This document shows positions 1-10,781 of a DNA stretch of 64,000 nucleotides, piece by piece (position 1 is the first letter of the stretch; every line of letters starts with the position of its first letter). Origin of the DNA: an uncultured Clostridium sp. Lineage in GTDB: Bacteria; Bacillota; Clostridia; Oscillospirales; CAG-272. The DNA is taken from assembly GCA_964463245.1 (NCBI GenBank), contig CAYXBU010000001.1:36554-100553 (forward strand), given 5' to 3'. The position numbers and the translations under genes were made by a program. Below the pieces are notes generated by a model that saw nothing but the letters and a program-made list of their open reading frames with translations, was not told the origin of the DNA and did no database searches.

Positions 1-1
1 G

Positions 2-178
2 CCCGCCGAGTATGCCACCTGGGGCAACATGATCAACGCCGCCGCCAATAATACGGCACTGGTCTACTACCCCAATCTGTGGATCGCGCCGGGTGTGTGT
101 ATCGTGCTGGCGGTGCTGGCATTCAACTTTGTCGGGGATGGTCTGCGGGATGCGATCGACCCCAAGTCGAGGAGGTGA
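2..178 (+). CDS. ABC peptide transporter permease, C-terminal fragment (OppC/DppC-like); 5' end outside window
   Basis: Open frame from the window edge to TGA 176-178, ending ...VLAVLAFNFVGDGLRDAIDPKSRR. This is the conserved C-terminal motif of binding-protein-dependent peptide permeases. Two Opp-type ATPase genes follow directly. Confidence 0.75.
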   Translation, partial: PAEYATWGNMINAAANNTALVYYPNLWIAPGVCIVLAVLAFNFVGDGLRDAIDPKSRR

Positions 179-183
179 GCGGG

Positions 184-1365
184 ATGGCAGGAACCACCGA
201 AAAGAACCAACATTATATTACTGCCAAGGAGTCCCGCACCATTGCCCGCTCCAACCGCCGCGAGATCCGACGGCTGCAAAAGCTGCGTAAGAGCTACCGC
301 CGCGCCGACTGCGTGACCGAGATGAAGGATCCGCGTAATGTGGTGGAGTTTGATGATCTGCATACCTATTTCTTTACCGATAACGGCACGGTCAAGGCGG
401 TCAACGGTGTGACCTTCTCCATCCCCGAGGGGTCTACCGTAGGTGTGGTGGGCGAGTCGGGGTGCGGCAAGTCGGTCACCAGCCTCTCGCTCATGCAGCT
501 GGTGCAGGGACCGATGGGGCAGGTGGTCAGCGGGAGCATCCGCTTTCGCTCCACCGTGCGGGACGAGTCCGGCATCCACGAGGAGGTGCTGGACTTAGCC
601 AAGCTCCCGGTGGCGGATATGGCGGCCATTCGCGGTCGGGAGGTCTCCATGATCTTCCAGGAGCCCATGACCAGCCTCAATCCGGTGTTCACTATCGGCA
701 ACCAGCTGGACGAGGTGACCCTGCGCCATGTGGAGGGAGCTACACGCCAGTCGGCACGGGACAAGAGCCTGGAGATGCTGCGCCTGGTGGGCATAGCCAT
801 GCCGGAGCACGTCTATGACTCCTACCCGCACCAGCTCTCGGGCGGTATGCGCCAGCGGGTCATGATCGCCATGGCACTCTGCTGCAACCCCAAACTCATC
901 ATTGCCGATGAGCCGACCACCGCGCTGGATGTGACCATACAGGCGCAGATCCTCGACCTTCTGCGGGAGGTCAAGGACAAGATCAGCGGGAGCATCATGC
1001 TCATCACGCATGATCTGGGTGTGATCGCCGAGATGGTGGACTATGTGGTGGTCATGTACGCGGGACGGGTGGTGGAGCAGGGAACCGTGCAGGAGATCTT
1101 CAAGAACCCCCTGCATCCCTACACCATCGGCCTGCAAAAGAGCAAGCCGGTCGTGGGCAAGAGCGTGGATCGCCTTTACAGCATCCCCGGCAATGTCCCC
1201 AACCCCATCAATATGCTGCCGCATTGCTATTTCCGCGACCGCTGTGCCGCGCGGTGTGATGCCTGCCGCGGGGAGTACCCGCCCATGGTGCAGGTGTCCC
1301 CCACTCATTTCGTGGCCTGCTATCGGGCAGAGACCCCGACGGACAGGGAGGAGACGACGACATGA
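184..1365 (+). CDS. oppD: oligopeptide/dipeptide ABC transporter ATP-binding protein (OppD-like)
   Basis: ORF 79-1365. Start set at ATG 184 (GGAGG at 171-175, just after the upstream stop). Walker [10 protein letters not shown], signature LSGGMRQR, Walker [15 protein letters not shown] motif and a Cys-rich Opp C-terminal domain. The ~45-aa basic N-terminal extension depends on the start choice (alternative ATG 322). Confidence 0.88.
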   Translation: MAGTTEKNQHYITAKESRTIARSNRREIRRLQKLRKSYRRADCVTEMKDPRNVVEFDDLHTYFFTDNGTVKAVNGVTFSIPEGSTVGVVGESGCGKSVTSLSLMQLVQGPMGQVVSGSIRFRSTVRDESGIHEEVLDLAKLPVADMAAIRGREVSMIFQEPMTSLNPVFTIGNQLDEVTLRHVEGATRQSARDKSLEMLRLVGIAMPEHVYDSYPHQLSGGMRQRVMIAMALCCNPKLIIADEPTTALDVTIQAQILDLLREVKDKISGSIMLITHDLGVIAEMVDYVVVMYAGRVVEQGTVQEIFKNPLHPYTIGLQKSKPVVGKSVDRLYSIPGNVPNPINMLPHCYFRDRCAARCDACRGEYPPMVQVSPTHFVACYRAETPTDREETTT

Positions 1366-2381
1366 ATCAAAAGAAGCTACTGACTCCCGAGGAGGGTGCG
1401 CCCCATCTGCTGGAGGTCAAGAACCTCAAGAAGTATTTCCCCATCAAGAAGGCTCTGCGGGAGGCGGATTCGGTCTACCTCAAGGCGGTGGATGACGTGT
1501 CCCTGACGCTGGATGCCGGCAAGACAGTGGGCATCGTGGGGGAGTCCGGGTGCGGCAAGAGCACCCTCGGGCGTACCATCCTGCGGCTCTATGAGCCGAC
1601 GGCGGGGGAGATCATCTTCGACGGAAAGCACATCGAGTCCCTCAAGGGGGAGCCGCTCAGGCGGATGCGCCCCGGCTTCCAGATGATCTTTCAGGATCCC
1701 TACTCCTCCCTCTCCCCCCGCATGACGGTAGGCGAGATCGTCTCCGAGGCGGTGCGCCAGCATAAGATCGTGCCGCGGGCTGACCTGCGGGACTATGTGC
1801 TGGACATGATGCAGAAGTGCGGCCTGCAGGCGCACCACTATGACCGTTACCCCCATGAGTTCTCGGGTGGACAGCGACAGCGCATCTGCATCGTCAAGGC
1901 ATTGGCACTCCGTCCCAAGCTGATCATCTGTGACGAGCCGGTCTCGGCTCTGGATGTGTCCATTCAGGCGCAGGTCATCAACCTGCTCAAGGATATGCAG
2001 GAGCAACAGGGACAGGCCTACATCTTCATCTCCCACGACCTGTCGGTGGTGGAGCACATTTCGGACGAGGTCGGGGTCATGTACCTCGGCTCCGTGGTGG
2101 AGTACGGGTCGAAGGACGACCTGTTCGCCGAGCCGCTCCACCCCTATACCAAGGCACTCTTTTCGGCGGTGCCCATTCCCGACCCCGATGTCAAGATCAA
2201 GCGCATCCATTTAAGTGGGGACATTCCCTCCCCGGCCAACCCGCCGAGCGGATGCAAGTTCCACACGCGGTGCCCCGACTGCCGTGAGGTCTGCCGTCAG
2301 CAGGCTCCCGTCATGCGGGACATGGGCGGCGGACACACGGTGGCCTGCCACCTCTATGACGACCTGCCCGCCAAGGAATGA
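1362..2381 (+). CDS. oppF: oligopeptide/dipeptide ABC transporter ATP-binding protein (OppF-like)
   Basis: ATGA overlap with the upstream gene. Walker [31 protein letters not shown] motif, C-terminal CKFHTRCPDC. Confidence 0.9.
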   Translation: MNQKKLLTPEEGAPHLLEVKNLKKYFPIKKALREADSVYLKAVDDVSLTLDAGKTVGIVGESGCGKSTLGRTILRLYEPTAGEIIFDGKHIESLKGEPLRRMRPGFQMIFQDPYSSLSPRMTVGEIVSEAVRQHKIVPRADLRDYVLDMMQKCGLQAHHYDRYPHEFSGGQRQRICIVKALALRPKLIICDEPVSALDVSIQAQVINLLKDMQEQQGQAYIFISHDLSVVEHISDEVGVMYLGSVVEYGSKDDLFAEPLHPYTKALFSAVPIPDPDVKIKRIHLSGDIPSPANPPSGCKFHTRCPDCREVCRQQAPVMRDMGGGHTVACHLYDDLPAKE

Positions 2382-2433
2382 CCCCCGTACCGCATACCCC
2401 ATTCTGCGCATATACCGGAAAAGGATACATACC

Positions 2434-5400
2434 ATGAACCGAAACAGATTTCTTGCAGCCCTGTTTGCAACTCTGCTCTGCGTCTGCCTGCTTCTGACCG
2501 CCTGCGGCGGGGACGGGGGCGAGAGCGGCTCTGCGACCGAGGACACCGAGGCACCCGCCGCATCCGAGACCGACACGGTCGGAGTCGAGACCGACACCCG
2601 ACCGGGCGAGGATGCAACTTCGACCGAGGACAACAACGAGACCGAGTCCGAGCGGCCGCCCGAGAGCGGCACTGTGACCGTGACCTACCGCTACGGCAAC
2701 GGGGAGACCGACACGGTCATCACCCTGCCGACGGGCAGTCGGGCGGTCGAGCCGAACGACCCCGTATGGGACGGCCATACCTTCCGCTTCTGGGCGCGGG
2801 AGGGAGAGGAGACCGCCTATGATTTCAACAGCATTCCGAGCATCGACCTTGTCCTGGTAGCCGTCTGGGAGACGGGGGGCGGCGAGACTGTCCGTCTGCG
2901 CTGGAGCGAGGACGAGGTCGCCTCCTTCCTGTTCGATGGCACGACTCCGAGACAGGCCACCGTCGGCGAGACCCTGCGCTTCCGCCTGTGGGTCTCTCCC
3001 TACTATACCGGAGAACCGGTCGTGACGGCGGGGGATCAGACCGCTACCCTGGGCGAGGACGGCTACTACAGCTTCACCGTCCGTGAGGCGGTAACGGTCA
3101 GCGTCAGTGGACTGAAGCGGGACATGACCCCGATTCGCGGTCTGGGCACCGAGAAGAGCCCGTACATCGTCACCTCGGCCTCCCATCTCAAGATGCTGGC
3201 GGATTCCATCGCGGCAGGGGAGGAGAAGTATGTCGAGGCTGTCATCCGTCTGGATGCCGACGTGGATCTGCGCGGGGAGACCATCTCCCCTATCGGAACC
3301 GCGACCAACTGCTTCAGCGGAACCTTTGACGGCAATGGGCACACGGTCTCGAACTTCCGCGCGGACAGCGCGAACGGCGTGGCAGGCTTCTTCGGCTATG
3401 TCGCCGAGGGAACCGTCAAGAACCTGCATATCGACACCTCCTTTACGGTGGAGGCATCGGATCCTTCCTACAATTATCTCATCGGCGGCGTGGTCGCCTA
3501 TTGCATCAGCGGCGATATTCAAAACTGCAGCTTTGACGGCTCGGTCAAGGTGTTCAGCACCCTCGGCGCCGACAATGTCTGCTATGTGGGCGGTATCGTC
3601 GGATTCCTGCAGGGCTATGAGACCGACTACACCGGCACCGTGTCCTACTGCACGGTGCGGGCGGAGCTGACCTCGGTCGGTGACAGCACCCTGACCGCTA
3701 TCGGCGGTATCGCGGGTGCCGTGGTGGGTACGGCCGACTCCGCACCGGCATATATCCACAACACGGTGTTCAGCGGAACCGTCTCGGGCAAGACCGCCGT
3801 GGGCGGCGGGATCGCGGGCTACCTGCGAGACCGTGCCGCCATCGCCGCTTGTCGGAGCGAGGGGAGCATCTCCGCCCGCAACGAGAACGATGTGGCCGCC
3901 GCAGGTGCACTGGTCGGTGTCGCCGACAACGAGTCCGCTGTCACGAACTGTGTCTCCACGGCCTCGGTAGAGGCGGTCGGAGCGGATGCATCCGCTTATG
4001 AGACGGGGGATATTGTCGGGATCCGCTACGCCGATGCCAACGTGGGCATCGACTCCCGCAAGTGCGTGATCCTGGACAGTTACTACGCCCCCGACGGCAA
4101 GATCGTGATAGACGGGAAGACCTACGACACGTCTCGCCTGTCGGATATGACCGCCCTGCTCGGCTGGGCTGAGGCGGATTGGCAGCTCGCAGAGGGGGCT
4201 CTGCTCCCGAATGCGGCGGGTGCCGATGAAGTCCGTCTGCCCGTACACTTCGAGTTCGGGCGGGACATCACCCTGCCGGGGTTGGACGGTAAGCCCCTGA
4301 CCCAGAGCCGCGAGACCGTCTCCATTCAGGGCTACGGCCCTCTGTACTGGGTGTTTGACGGGAGCGGCATGAACAACTTCAAGGCGGACGACGGCTACAT
4401 CTCCTACGGCTACTTCTTGGACGAGGCCTGCACGCAACGCCTGCCCGCTTCCATGGTGCTGACCTCCGAGATGACCGTGTATGTCGGCTTTGCGGATTAC
4501 AGCGGCATCGCGGGTGAGTACTACGCCGTCTTTGGGGACGAGGAGGTCAAGCTGACCTTTGACGACAACGGCAAGATGACCATGTTCGCGTCGGGGCGGC
4601 TGGCATCCTATGTATACGTATTCAACGGCGAGCACGTGCTCATCCGTGACAGCTACTTCGCCTACCTGGCGTACCCCTCCCTGGTCGGGAAGGGCTACGA
4701 CCTGACCACCGACTGCTACGCCGACCCGGAGGGGCAGGCTCTGGTGCTGTACGATCACCTGTTCTTCGCCAAGGAGAACGGTCTGGAGGTGCGCGCCGGG
4801 CGGGAGAATGCCGCCATGGGAACCTGGTACACCGAGGACGGCGACACCTACACCTTCCTTTCGGACGGCACGGGAAGCCTGTCGAGCGGCGGGGGCTTTA
4901 CCTACACCTGCACCAACCGCACCGTGACCCTCAAGCTGGGCACGACACAGATCGTGGCAAGCATTTCGGCGGACGGCCTCTCTATGACCTCGGCGGATCG
5001 CCGCGTGGAGCTGTTCCGCACGGATGCCTTTGCGGGGACATGGGAGTCGGATTTCGCCACCCGCTCCGAGCTGGTGGTGGACGGTCGGGGGACCCTGACC
5101 CTGAACGGGCAGAGCTACCCGTACACCGTGGCCGACGGTGTCCTCTCCTTCGCGGGCGGGACGCTGACCTATGATCCGGACGGCCTGCCGATCTTTACCG
5201 CCACCGACGGCACCGAGACGGTGTACGGTCGGGAGGGCAGCTTCATCGGCGTGTGGTACGAGACCTGGCTGGACTACCGTATGGAGCTGTACGGCATCGG
5301 CAAGGACGGCTACGGCTATGGCACCGACAGCAACGGCGTGACCTTCACCTATGTGGTGGAGCGTAGCGAGGACGGCTCGCTGTCGGTGAGTATGTACTAC

Positions 5401-6624
5401 CGCACGACCCTGTACGGCCTGTTCAATCTGGCGACCTCCCAAGAGGACGGAAGCGAACTGCTCTTCCTGGCGGTCTGGACGGCGGCCTCGGGTATGCTGG
5501 TGGACGACTACCAGATGTGCTACATGGATCCCTTCTGCGGGACGTGGCACACCGAGGACGGCTTGACGCTGGACTTCAACGGTCTGGGCAGCTACAACAT
5601 CGATTTCCATCAGGGCGATATTGACTGGGTCGCCATGGGCTATGTGACGGTCAAGCAGAACGGATTTGAGGAGCAGGTGCGCTACACCTACAGCAAGGCC
5701 ACCGCCACTGCGACCTTTACATGGGGCGGCAAGACCTATACCGTCACGCAGAACGGCGGGGTAGTCGAGGTCAACGGCGAGACCGTGCGGGAGCCGGACG
5801 GTCTGGAGCAGACCGGATGGCGCACGCCCGACGGCAGTATCCTTCTGACCTTCAACGGCAAGAGCCATGTCGGTCTGGGGGAGGCGACCCTGACGGTCGG
5901 CGGCGAGAGCATTGCTTACCGCTACGAGCAGGAGCTGACCGAGAACGGGCAGATCGTGCGCCTCTACACTGAGGACGGTGCCTTGGCATTCACCTTCACG
6001 CTGAACGGCGGGACACACGCCCTGCTCGGCGATGCCGAGGGCTACACCATGGCCGAGCTGGGGCTGAATCACAAGCTCTTGGGACAGACCTACCTTCTGG
6101 GCAACGGCTACGAGCTGGTGGTCGGCACCGATATGACCGCCGATGGCATGGTCGTGGGCTATCTGGGGGAGATCGAGTTGACCCTTGTGTATGTGGATCA
6201 AACCTACTTGATCCTGTATGCCGAGGACACCTTCCTCTACTATCTGGGGTGGCTCAGCGAGGACTGCGCCGTGCTGATGGACGAGAGCTTTGATGTGGTC
6301 AGTGTCATTTGCCACGACGACGGCCTGCGCGGCACCTATGTGGCGGCAGACGGCTCGGTTCTGGAGCTGGATGGCCGCAGTGCCGCCGCCGCGTACGTCT
6401 ACCCGTCCGCCGATCTGACCCGCGAGGAGGACGGCGAGACTCTGCGTGAGACCCTGACCTATCGCTGTGAGGACGGCACTTATATCCTCTCCGAGATCGA
6501 CCGCTCGGGCGAGGAGGACGTGCTGGTGGATCGCTGGCTGATATTGACCGAGGCGCAGGAGGGCGCGACTGCCTACACCGCCGAGGACGGACGGGTCATC
6601 TACCTGTTGCCCGCAGATGCATGA
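2434..6624 (+). CDS. giant surface lipoprotein 1 (1396 aa): Listeria-Bacteroides repeat, GLUG-type beta-helix, unassigned beta-rich C-terminal region
   Basis: ORF 2215-6624. Start set at ATG 2434, where MNRNRFLAALFATLLCVCLLLTAC-GG gives a signal peptide plus lipobox Cys. An acidic T/E/D linker follows. One Flg_new-type repeat (VTVTYRYGNGETD...LVLVAVWE, ~2671-2871). GLUG-like region ~3140-4210 (SPYIVTSASHLKML, FSGTFDGNGHTVSNF, GGIVGF, GGIAGA, GGGIAGY). About 800 aa are unassigned. Confidence 0.85.
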   Translation: MNRNRFLAALFATLLCVCLLLTACGGDGGESGSATEDTEAPAASETDTVGVETDTRPGEDATSTEDNNETESERPPESGTVTVTYRYGNGETDTVITLPTGSRAVEPNDPVWDGHTFRFWAREGEETAYDFNSIPSIDLVLVAVWETGGGETVRLRWSEDEVASFLFDGTTPRQATVGETLRFRLWVSPYYTGEPVVTAGDQTATLGEDGYYSFTVREAVTVSVSGLKRDMTPIRGLGTEKSPYIVTSASHLKMLADSIAAGEEKYVEAVIRLDADVDLRGETISPIGTATNCFSGTFDGNGHTVSNFRADSANGVAGFFGYVAEGTVKNLHIDTSFTVEASDPSYNYLIGGVVAYCISGDIQNCSFDGSVKVFSTLGADNVCYVGGIVGFLQGYETDYTGTVSYCTVRAELTSVGDSTLTAIGGIAGAVVGTADSAPAYIHNTVFSGTVSGKTAVGGGIAGYLRDRAAIAACRSEGSISARNENDVAAAGALVGVADNESAVTNCVSTASVEAVGADASAYETGDIVGIRYADANVGIDSRKCVILDSYYAPDGKIVIDGKTYDTSRLSDMTALLGWAEADWQLAEGALLPNAAGADEVRLPVHFEFGRDITLPGLDGKPLTQSRETVSIQGYGPLYWVFDGSGMNNFKADDGYISYGYFLDEACTQRLPASMVLTSEMTVYVGFADYSGIAGEYYAVFGDEEVKLTFDDNGKMTMFASGRLASYVYVFNGEHVLIRDSYFAYLAYPSLVGKGYDLTTDCYADPEGQALVLYDHLFFAKENGLEVRAGRENAAMGTWYTEDGDTYTFLSDGTGSLSSGGGFTYTCTNRTVTLKLGTTQIVASISADGLSMTSADRRVELFRTDAFAGTWESDFATRSELVVDGRGTLTLNGQSYPYTVADGVLSFAGGTLTYDPDGLPIFTATDGTETVYGREGSFIGVWYETWLDYRMELYGIGKDGYGYGTDSNGVTFTYVVERSEDGSLSVSMYYRTTLYGLFNLATSQEDGSELLFLAVWTAASGMLVDDYQMCYMDPFCGTWHTEDGLTLDFNGLGSYNIDFHQGDIDWVAMGYVTVKQNGFEEQVRYTYSKATATATFTWGGKTYTVTQNGGVVEVNGETVREPDGLEQTGWRTPDGSILLTFNGKSHVGLGEATLTVGGESIAYRYEQELTENGQIVRLYTEDGALAFTFTLNGGTHALLGDAEGYTMAELGLNHKLLGQTYLLGNGYELVVGTDMTADGMVVGYLGEIELTLVYVDQTYLILYAEDTFLYYLGWLSEDCAVLMDESFDVVSVICHDDGLRGTYVAADGSVLELDGRSAAAAYVYPSADLTREEDGETLRETLTYRCEDGTYILSEIDRSGEEDVLVDRWLILTEAQEGATAYTAEDGRVIYLLPADA

Positions 6625-6650
6625 CGGGCATACGAAACGAGGACGAACAT

Positions 6651-9600
6651 ATGAAACGAAACAGAATCAATATACGGTGGCTCCCGCTCCTCTGCCTGAT
6701 CGCGGCTCTGCTGATCGGCATGGTGGCGTGCGGCGGCGGTGGAGATACCGCGACCGACCCCGCGACGGGTGACACCACGACGGAAGCCACAGCGGATGCC
6801 ACAGGGAATACCACGCCGGCAACCGAGACCGACACGGGCGAGATCGACACGGCTCCTGCCGAGAGCAGCACCGAGACGACCACGACCGATGCCGAGACCT
6901 CCTCGGACACCGAGACCGAGCCGAGCCCTCAGCCCGAGACCGTAACGGTGCGCTTTACCGGTGAGTCGGTCAGCACGGCGGATCAGACCGTCCTGTACGG
7001 CACATCCGCCCTGCGCCCCCGCGACCCCGAGCGGGAGGGCTATGTCTTCCTCGGCTGGGTGGCCGAGGGACAGGAGGACTTCTTTGATTTCTCCATGCCC
7101 CTGACGGCGGATCTGACTCTCTCCGCCGTCTGGGAGGACGTGCGGCAGGACGGCTCGGCTGAGCGACCGTACCGTATCTCCTCGGCAGAGGACTTGATGG
7201 ACTTCTCCGAGCGCATGAACGACCCCGAGGCGGAGGGCTATGAGGACTACTGCCGCGCCCACTTCGTGCTGACCGCTGACATCGACATGGCGGGGTGCAG
7301 CTATGTGGCGGCCGGGCAGACGGTGACTCTGCGCGAGGGCGAGGAGGACGAGGTCACGCTGGGTGGTTTCATGGGTGAGTTTGACGGTGCGGGATATACC
7401 ATCCGCAACCTGACCATCCGCAAGAATCTGCGCTCGACCATTTACTATGTGGGTCTGTTCGGCGTGACCGAGCGGGCATATATCCATGATCTGACCCTGG
7501 AGGATATCGACTACACCATCGAGAGTGGAGCCAATACCACCGCTATCGGTGCGGTGGTGGGCGGCATCGCGGGACGGAGCGACCTGTCCGAATTCTTCAA
7601 CGTGAAGGTCAGCGGCGTGATAGAGATGCGGATGTGTGCCGACAACTCGGCCTACATCGGCGGCCTGTGCGGCATTTACGGCGTGTCGGGTCGCTCGGGT
7701 CAGGCCTATGTCGCCTATGTGGAGAACTGCTCGGCCGGTGTGGAGACGGTCATAGGCAAATTTGACGATGGGGAGAAGGGTGTCCTGGAGGGTGCCATCA
7801 ACGGCGGCCTCATCGGGTACCTGACTACCTCAAGCGGCGCGGTCGGCCTGCTCAACTGCACGGCCGAGGGCAAGGTGTACGGCGGGCAGTATGTCGGCGG
7901 CCTTGTGGGCTACATCAACGGCTCCTATGTATCGGTCATCAACTGCGCCAACTATGCCCCCGTGACCGGGACGGCCTCGGATTCGACCTACTGCGGCGGC
8001 ATCATCGGTTTCTCGTCGGGTGACAACACCATCATGGACTGCGTGTCGCTCGGACGGGTCAAGGGGGTCAAGGCACCCACCGGCTCGGTCTACAAGTCCT
8101 ACGCGGGCGGTATTCTGGGCTATGCCTCCGAGGACGACTACGAGATGTACTATGACGCGGGTACCGCTGTCATCAACTGTTACTATCTGAATGAAATATC
8201 CACCTTTGACGTGCGTAACAGCGCGGGTAAGAAGCTCTCCCGCGCCACCGACTTCACGGCAGATTTCGCACAGCAGAACCTGCGCTGGGATCTCTCCGTC
8301 CTGCCCTTCGGGGAGGATGGCCATGCCCGACCCGCCGATCACCGCAGTGAGGCCAAGGCATGGAAACTGACCCTCGTCGAGGTGGACGGCAGCAGCCACA
8401 CCGTGGAGCGGAACTATGCCGACGGGATGTACGCCATGGTCGGGGAGCACGAGGCGGGCAAGAGCCAAGGCACCCTCCTGTTCTTTGACTGGATGCACGG
8501 CGAGGACGTGCGCCTGCGCTTCTATGTCCCGGTCATCAAGGATATGACCCTGACCGCGAAATGCGGTGATGTGGCGGATATCGCGGGGGTCTACACCGGC
8601 ACCTGGACGCTCCATGAGAGCGGCGATGCGGGTACGCTGGTGCTGATGACCAACGGCTCGGTGCAGTGGGTGAGCGACACGGTGGTGCGCGGCACCTACA
8701 CCTGGGACGGCAAGCATATCGAGCTGGAGTTTTTCAGCAATGTCGGCGAGGTCAGCGGTACCGTGGACGGCAAGAAGCTGACCTACACCGTGGATGCGGG
8801 CATGACCGGCTCGGTGGAGTACACCTTCAGCAAGACCGACCTGCGTTTCGTCGGGGAGTATTTCTCGGCGGACGGCGACAGCCTGACCTTCTCGGGTGAG
8901 AGCGGCGTTGCCTTCCGCGCCGAGGGGGTCAACGGCGGTCGTCCCATTTCCGGCAGCTTTACCGACAAGGGGGATCGGTTGGAGATCAGCGGCTTTGGCG
9001 ACTACTTCGCAAGCTTTGCCGTGATCGTGAATGCGGACGGCTCTCTGACCGTCACGGCTGTCCCGCGTGCAGGGAAGGGAAAAGCACTGGACGGTGTCAC
9101 CTTCGCCCCGCCCGCCTCGGTCAGCTACGAGGGTCAGCCCTTCGTGGGGGACTACCACTGCCCGTACTTGAATCTTTCCTCCTATGACAATACTCCGTAT
9201 CTGGAGAACTACACGCTGTCCCTGAACGCGGACGGTACGGTGGCCTACCGCGGCTTCTATTCCACCAAGCTCGGCTACTACTATGTGTTCCGCGACGGCA
9301 GCTACATCGTCCTGACACTGGAGGGCTACACCAGTATCTTCCGCTACGATGCGGAGCATAACGTGATCTGGGGTACCCTGGAGCGCGGCGTGACTGCCAA
9401 GACGACTCTGGTACTCCTCCCGGTCTCCGAGGGGGATGCCAAGCTGTTCGTGCTGGATCTGTCGCGGGAGAATATCCTGATGACCAACCCCGTGCGCTCC
9501 TACTTGATCCGAGACGGGAAGATCGCCTTTGATGCGGTCATCGAGGCGCCGTCCTTCGAGGAGGGCGCGCGTGTGACCGTGGACGGCAAGGATTACCGCA

Positions 9601-10709
9601 CCGTGTACTATGTGTTCAACGACCGCCCGGGCTACAGCCTGCTCAGCATCGGCGACGAGGAGGGCAGTTACACCTGGGACGGCAAGCGGATCACGCTGGA
9701 CGGGCTCGGTAGCTTTGATGGTGACGTGCGCGGGAGCTATTGGCGGTATGACGACCTGATCGTTCTGCTGTCCGAGGATGACCGCATGGTGGGCTTCTCC
9801 TGCACGGCGGCACGGGCGGCGGAGGGTGTCGTGACCCCCTTGGCGACCGACGGCTACCAAGGGGTCTGGTACAAGGCCTCCGAACTGCATGAGAGCGAGG
9901 TCGGGGACAAGTATTACAAGCTCCTTCTGGACGGCTTCGGTCACGCGACCTTCTTATATTGGAATGAGGACTACGGTTGTTACCGCTTCACCTGGGGCAA
10001 TGAGTGGACGCCCTACACCCTGACCGATACCGGTGTCCACTGCCGGTTCAATCAGTACCAGCTTGCCGATCTGGTGTTCTACTACGATATGCAACTGGTC
10101 TACTCCAAGTCCTTCGGCTACATGGGGGAGACCTCCTTCACGGCAGGCGGCTATAGCGGCACGACTCAGCCGCCCGCCCTGCCGAACGGCCTGATCGGAA
10201 GCTACACCGGGCTGGATGCGAACGGTGTGGCGGTGGTGTTCAACCTCCGCGCCGACCTGAGCGGGAGCTGGCGCGGTCAGCCCTTCACCGCCACCTACGA
10301 TGGCGAACACAGCTTGTATTTCGTCACGACCGGCGAGTCCTACTGCTTTGACACGCAGACTCTGACCCTGACGGGCGGGGGACAGACCATCTCCCTGTCC
10401 CGCGCAGGGGAGGTCACCGAGGTCATCCCTGCCGCCCTGTGCGGGAGCTTCAGCGGAGTCTGGAGCGGCCTTAACGTGGCCTCGGGCGAGGTGCGCACCG
10501 TGGTGGTGCAGTCGGACGGAACCGTCCTCTATCAGGGGATGGAGTTCGCGGCGACCTACTCTGCGGGGGCTGTTTACGGTACATCCGGCAACTTTACCAT
10601 CCGCCTGACATGGGACGGCGGGAGCGGCTACGCGGCTCGGGTGGTGTTCACCGACCCGAGCGAGGGCGGCTCACATGAGTATGTGTGCGAGTCATTGCAA
10701 CCGGACTGA
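6651..10709 (+). CDS. giant surface lipoprotein 2 (1352 aa), paralog of lipoprotein 1
   Basis: ORF 6621-10709. Start set at ATG 6651 (GAGGA RBS, 27 nt after the upstream stop). MKRNRINIRWLPLLCLIAALLIGMVAC-GGGG lipoprotein signal. T/E/D/P linker. Flg_new-type repeat (VTVRFTGESV...LTLSAVWE, ~6939-7136). GLUG-like region ~7150-8340 (RPYRISSAEDLMDF, FMGEFDGAGYTIRNL, GGLIGY, GGLVGY, GGIIGF, GGILGY). Long unassigned beta-rich C-terminus. Confidence 0.85.
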   Translation: MKRNRINIRWLPLLCLIAALLIGMVACGGGGDTATDPATGDTTTEATADATGNTTPATETDTGEIDTAPAESSTETTTTDAETSSDTETEPSPQPETVTVRFTGESVSTADQTVLYGTSALRPRDPEREGYVFLGWVAEGQEDFFDFSMPLTADLTLSAVWEDVRQDGSAERPYRISSAEDLMDFSERMNDPEAEGYEDYCRAHFVLTADIDMAGCSYVAAGQTVTLREGEEDEVTLGGFMGEFDGAGYTIRNLTIRKNLRSTIYYVGLFGVTERAYIHDLTLEDIDYTIESGANTTAIGAVVGGIAGRSDLSEFFNVKVSGVIEMRMCADNSAYIGGLCGIYGVSGRSGQAYVAYVENCSAGVETVIGKFDDGEKGVLEGAINGGLIGYLTTSSGAVGLLNCTAEGKVYGGQYVGGLVGYINGSYVSVINCANYAPVTGTASDSTYCGGIIGFSSGDNTIMDCVSLGRVKGVKAPTGSVYKSYAGGILGYASEDDYEMYYDAGTAVINCYYLNEISTFDVRNSAGKKLSRATDFTADFAQQNLRWDLSVLPFGEDGHARPADHRSEAKAWKLTLVEVDGSSHTVERNYADGMYAMVGEHEAGKSQGTLLFFDWMHGEDVRLRFYVPVIKDMTLTAKCGDVADIAGVYTGTWTLHESGDAGTLVLMTNGSVQWVSDTVVRGTYTWDGKHIELEFFSNVGEVSGTVDGKKLTYTVDAGMTGSVEYTFSKTDLRFVGEYFSADGDSLTFSGESGVAFRAEGVNGGRPISGSFTDKGDRLEISGFGDYFASFAVIVNADGSLTVTAVPRAGKGKALDGVTFAPPASVSYEGQPFVGDYHCPYLNLSSYDNTPYLENYTLSLNADGTVAYRGFYSTKLGYYYVFRDGSYIVLTLEGYTSIFRYDAEHNVIWGTLERGVTAKTTLVLLPVSEGDAKLFVLDLSRENILMTNPVRSYLIRDGKIAFDAVIEAPSFEEGARVTVDGKDYRTVYYVFNDRPGYSLLSIGDEEGSYTWDGKRITLDGLGSFDGDVRGSYWRYDDLIVLLSEDDRMVGFSCTAARAAEGVVTPLATDGYQGVWYKASELHESEVGDKYYKLLLDGFGHATFLYWNEDYGCYRFTWGNEWTPYTLTDTGVHCRFNQYQLADLVFYYDMQLVYSKSFGYMGETSFTAGGYSGTTQPPALPNGLIGSYTGLDANGVAVVFNLRADLSGSWRGQPFTATYDGEHSLYFVTTGESYCFDTQTLTLTGGGQTISLSRAGEVTEVIPAALCGSFSGVWSGLNVASGEVRTVVVQSDGTVLYQGMEFAATYSAGAVYGTSGNFTIRLTWDGGSGYAARVVFTDPSEGGSHEYVCESLQPD

Positions 10710-10781
10710 TTATTTATGCAGATAAACTCATAATTATTCGGATTTTTTTCGGAAAACCGTGGTTTTTTTGGAAAAACCATC

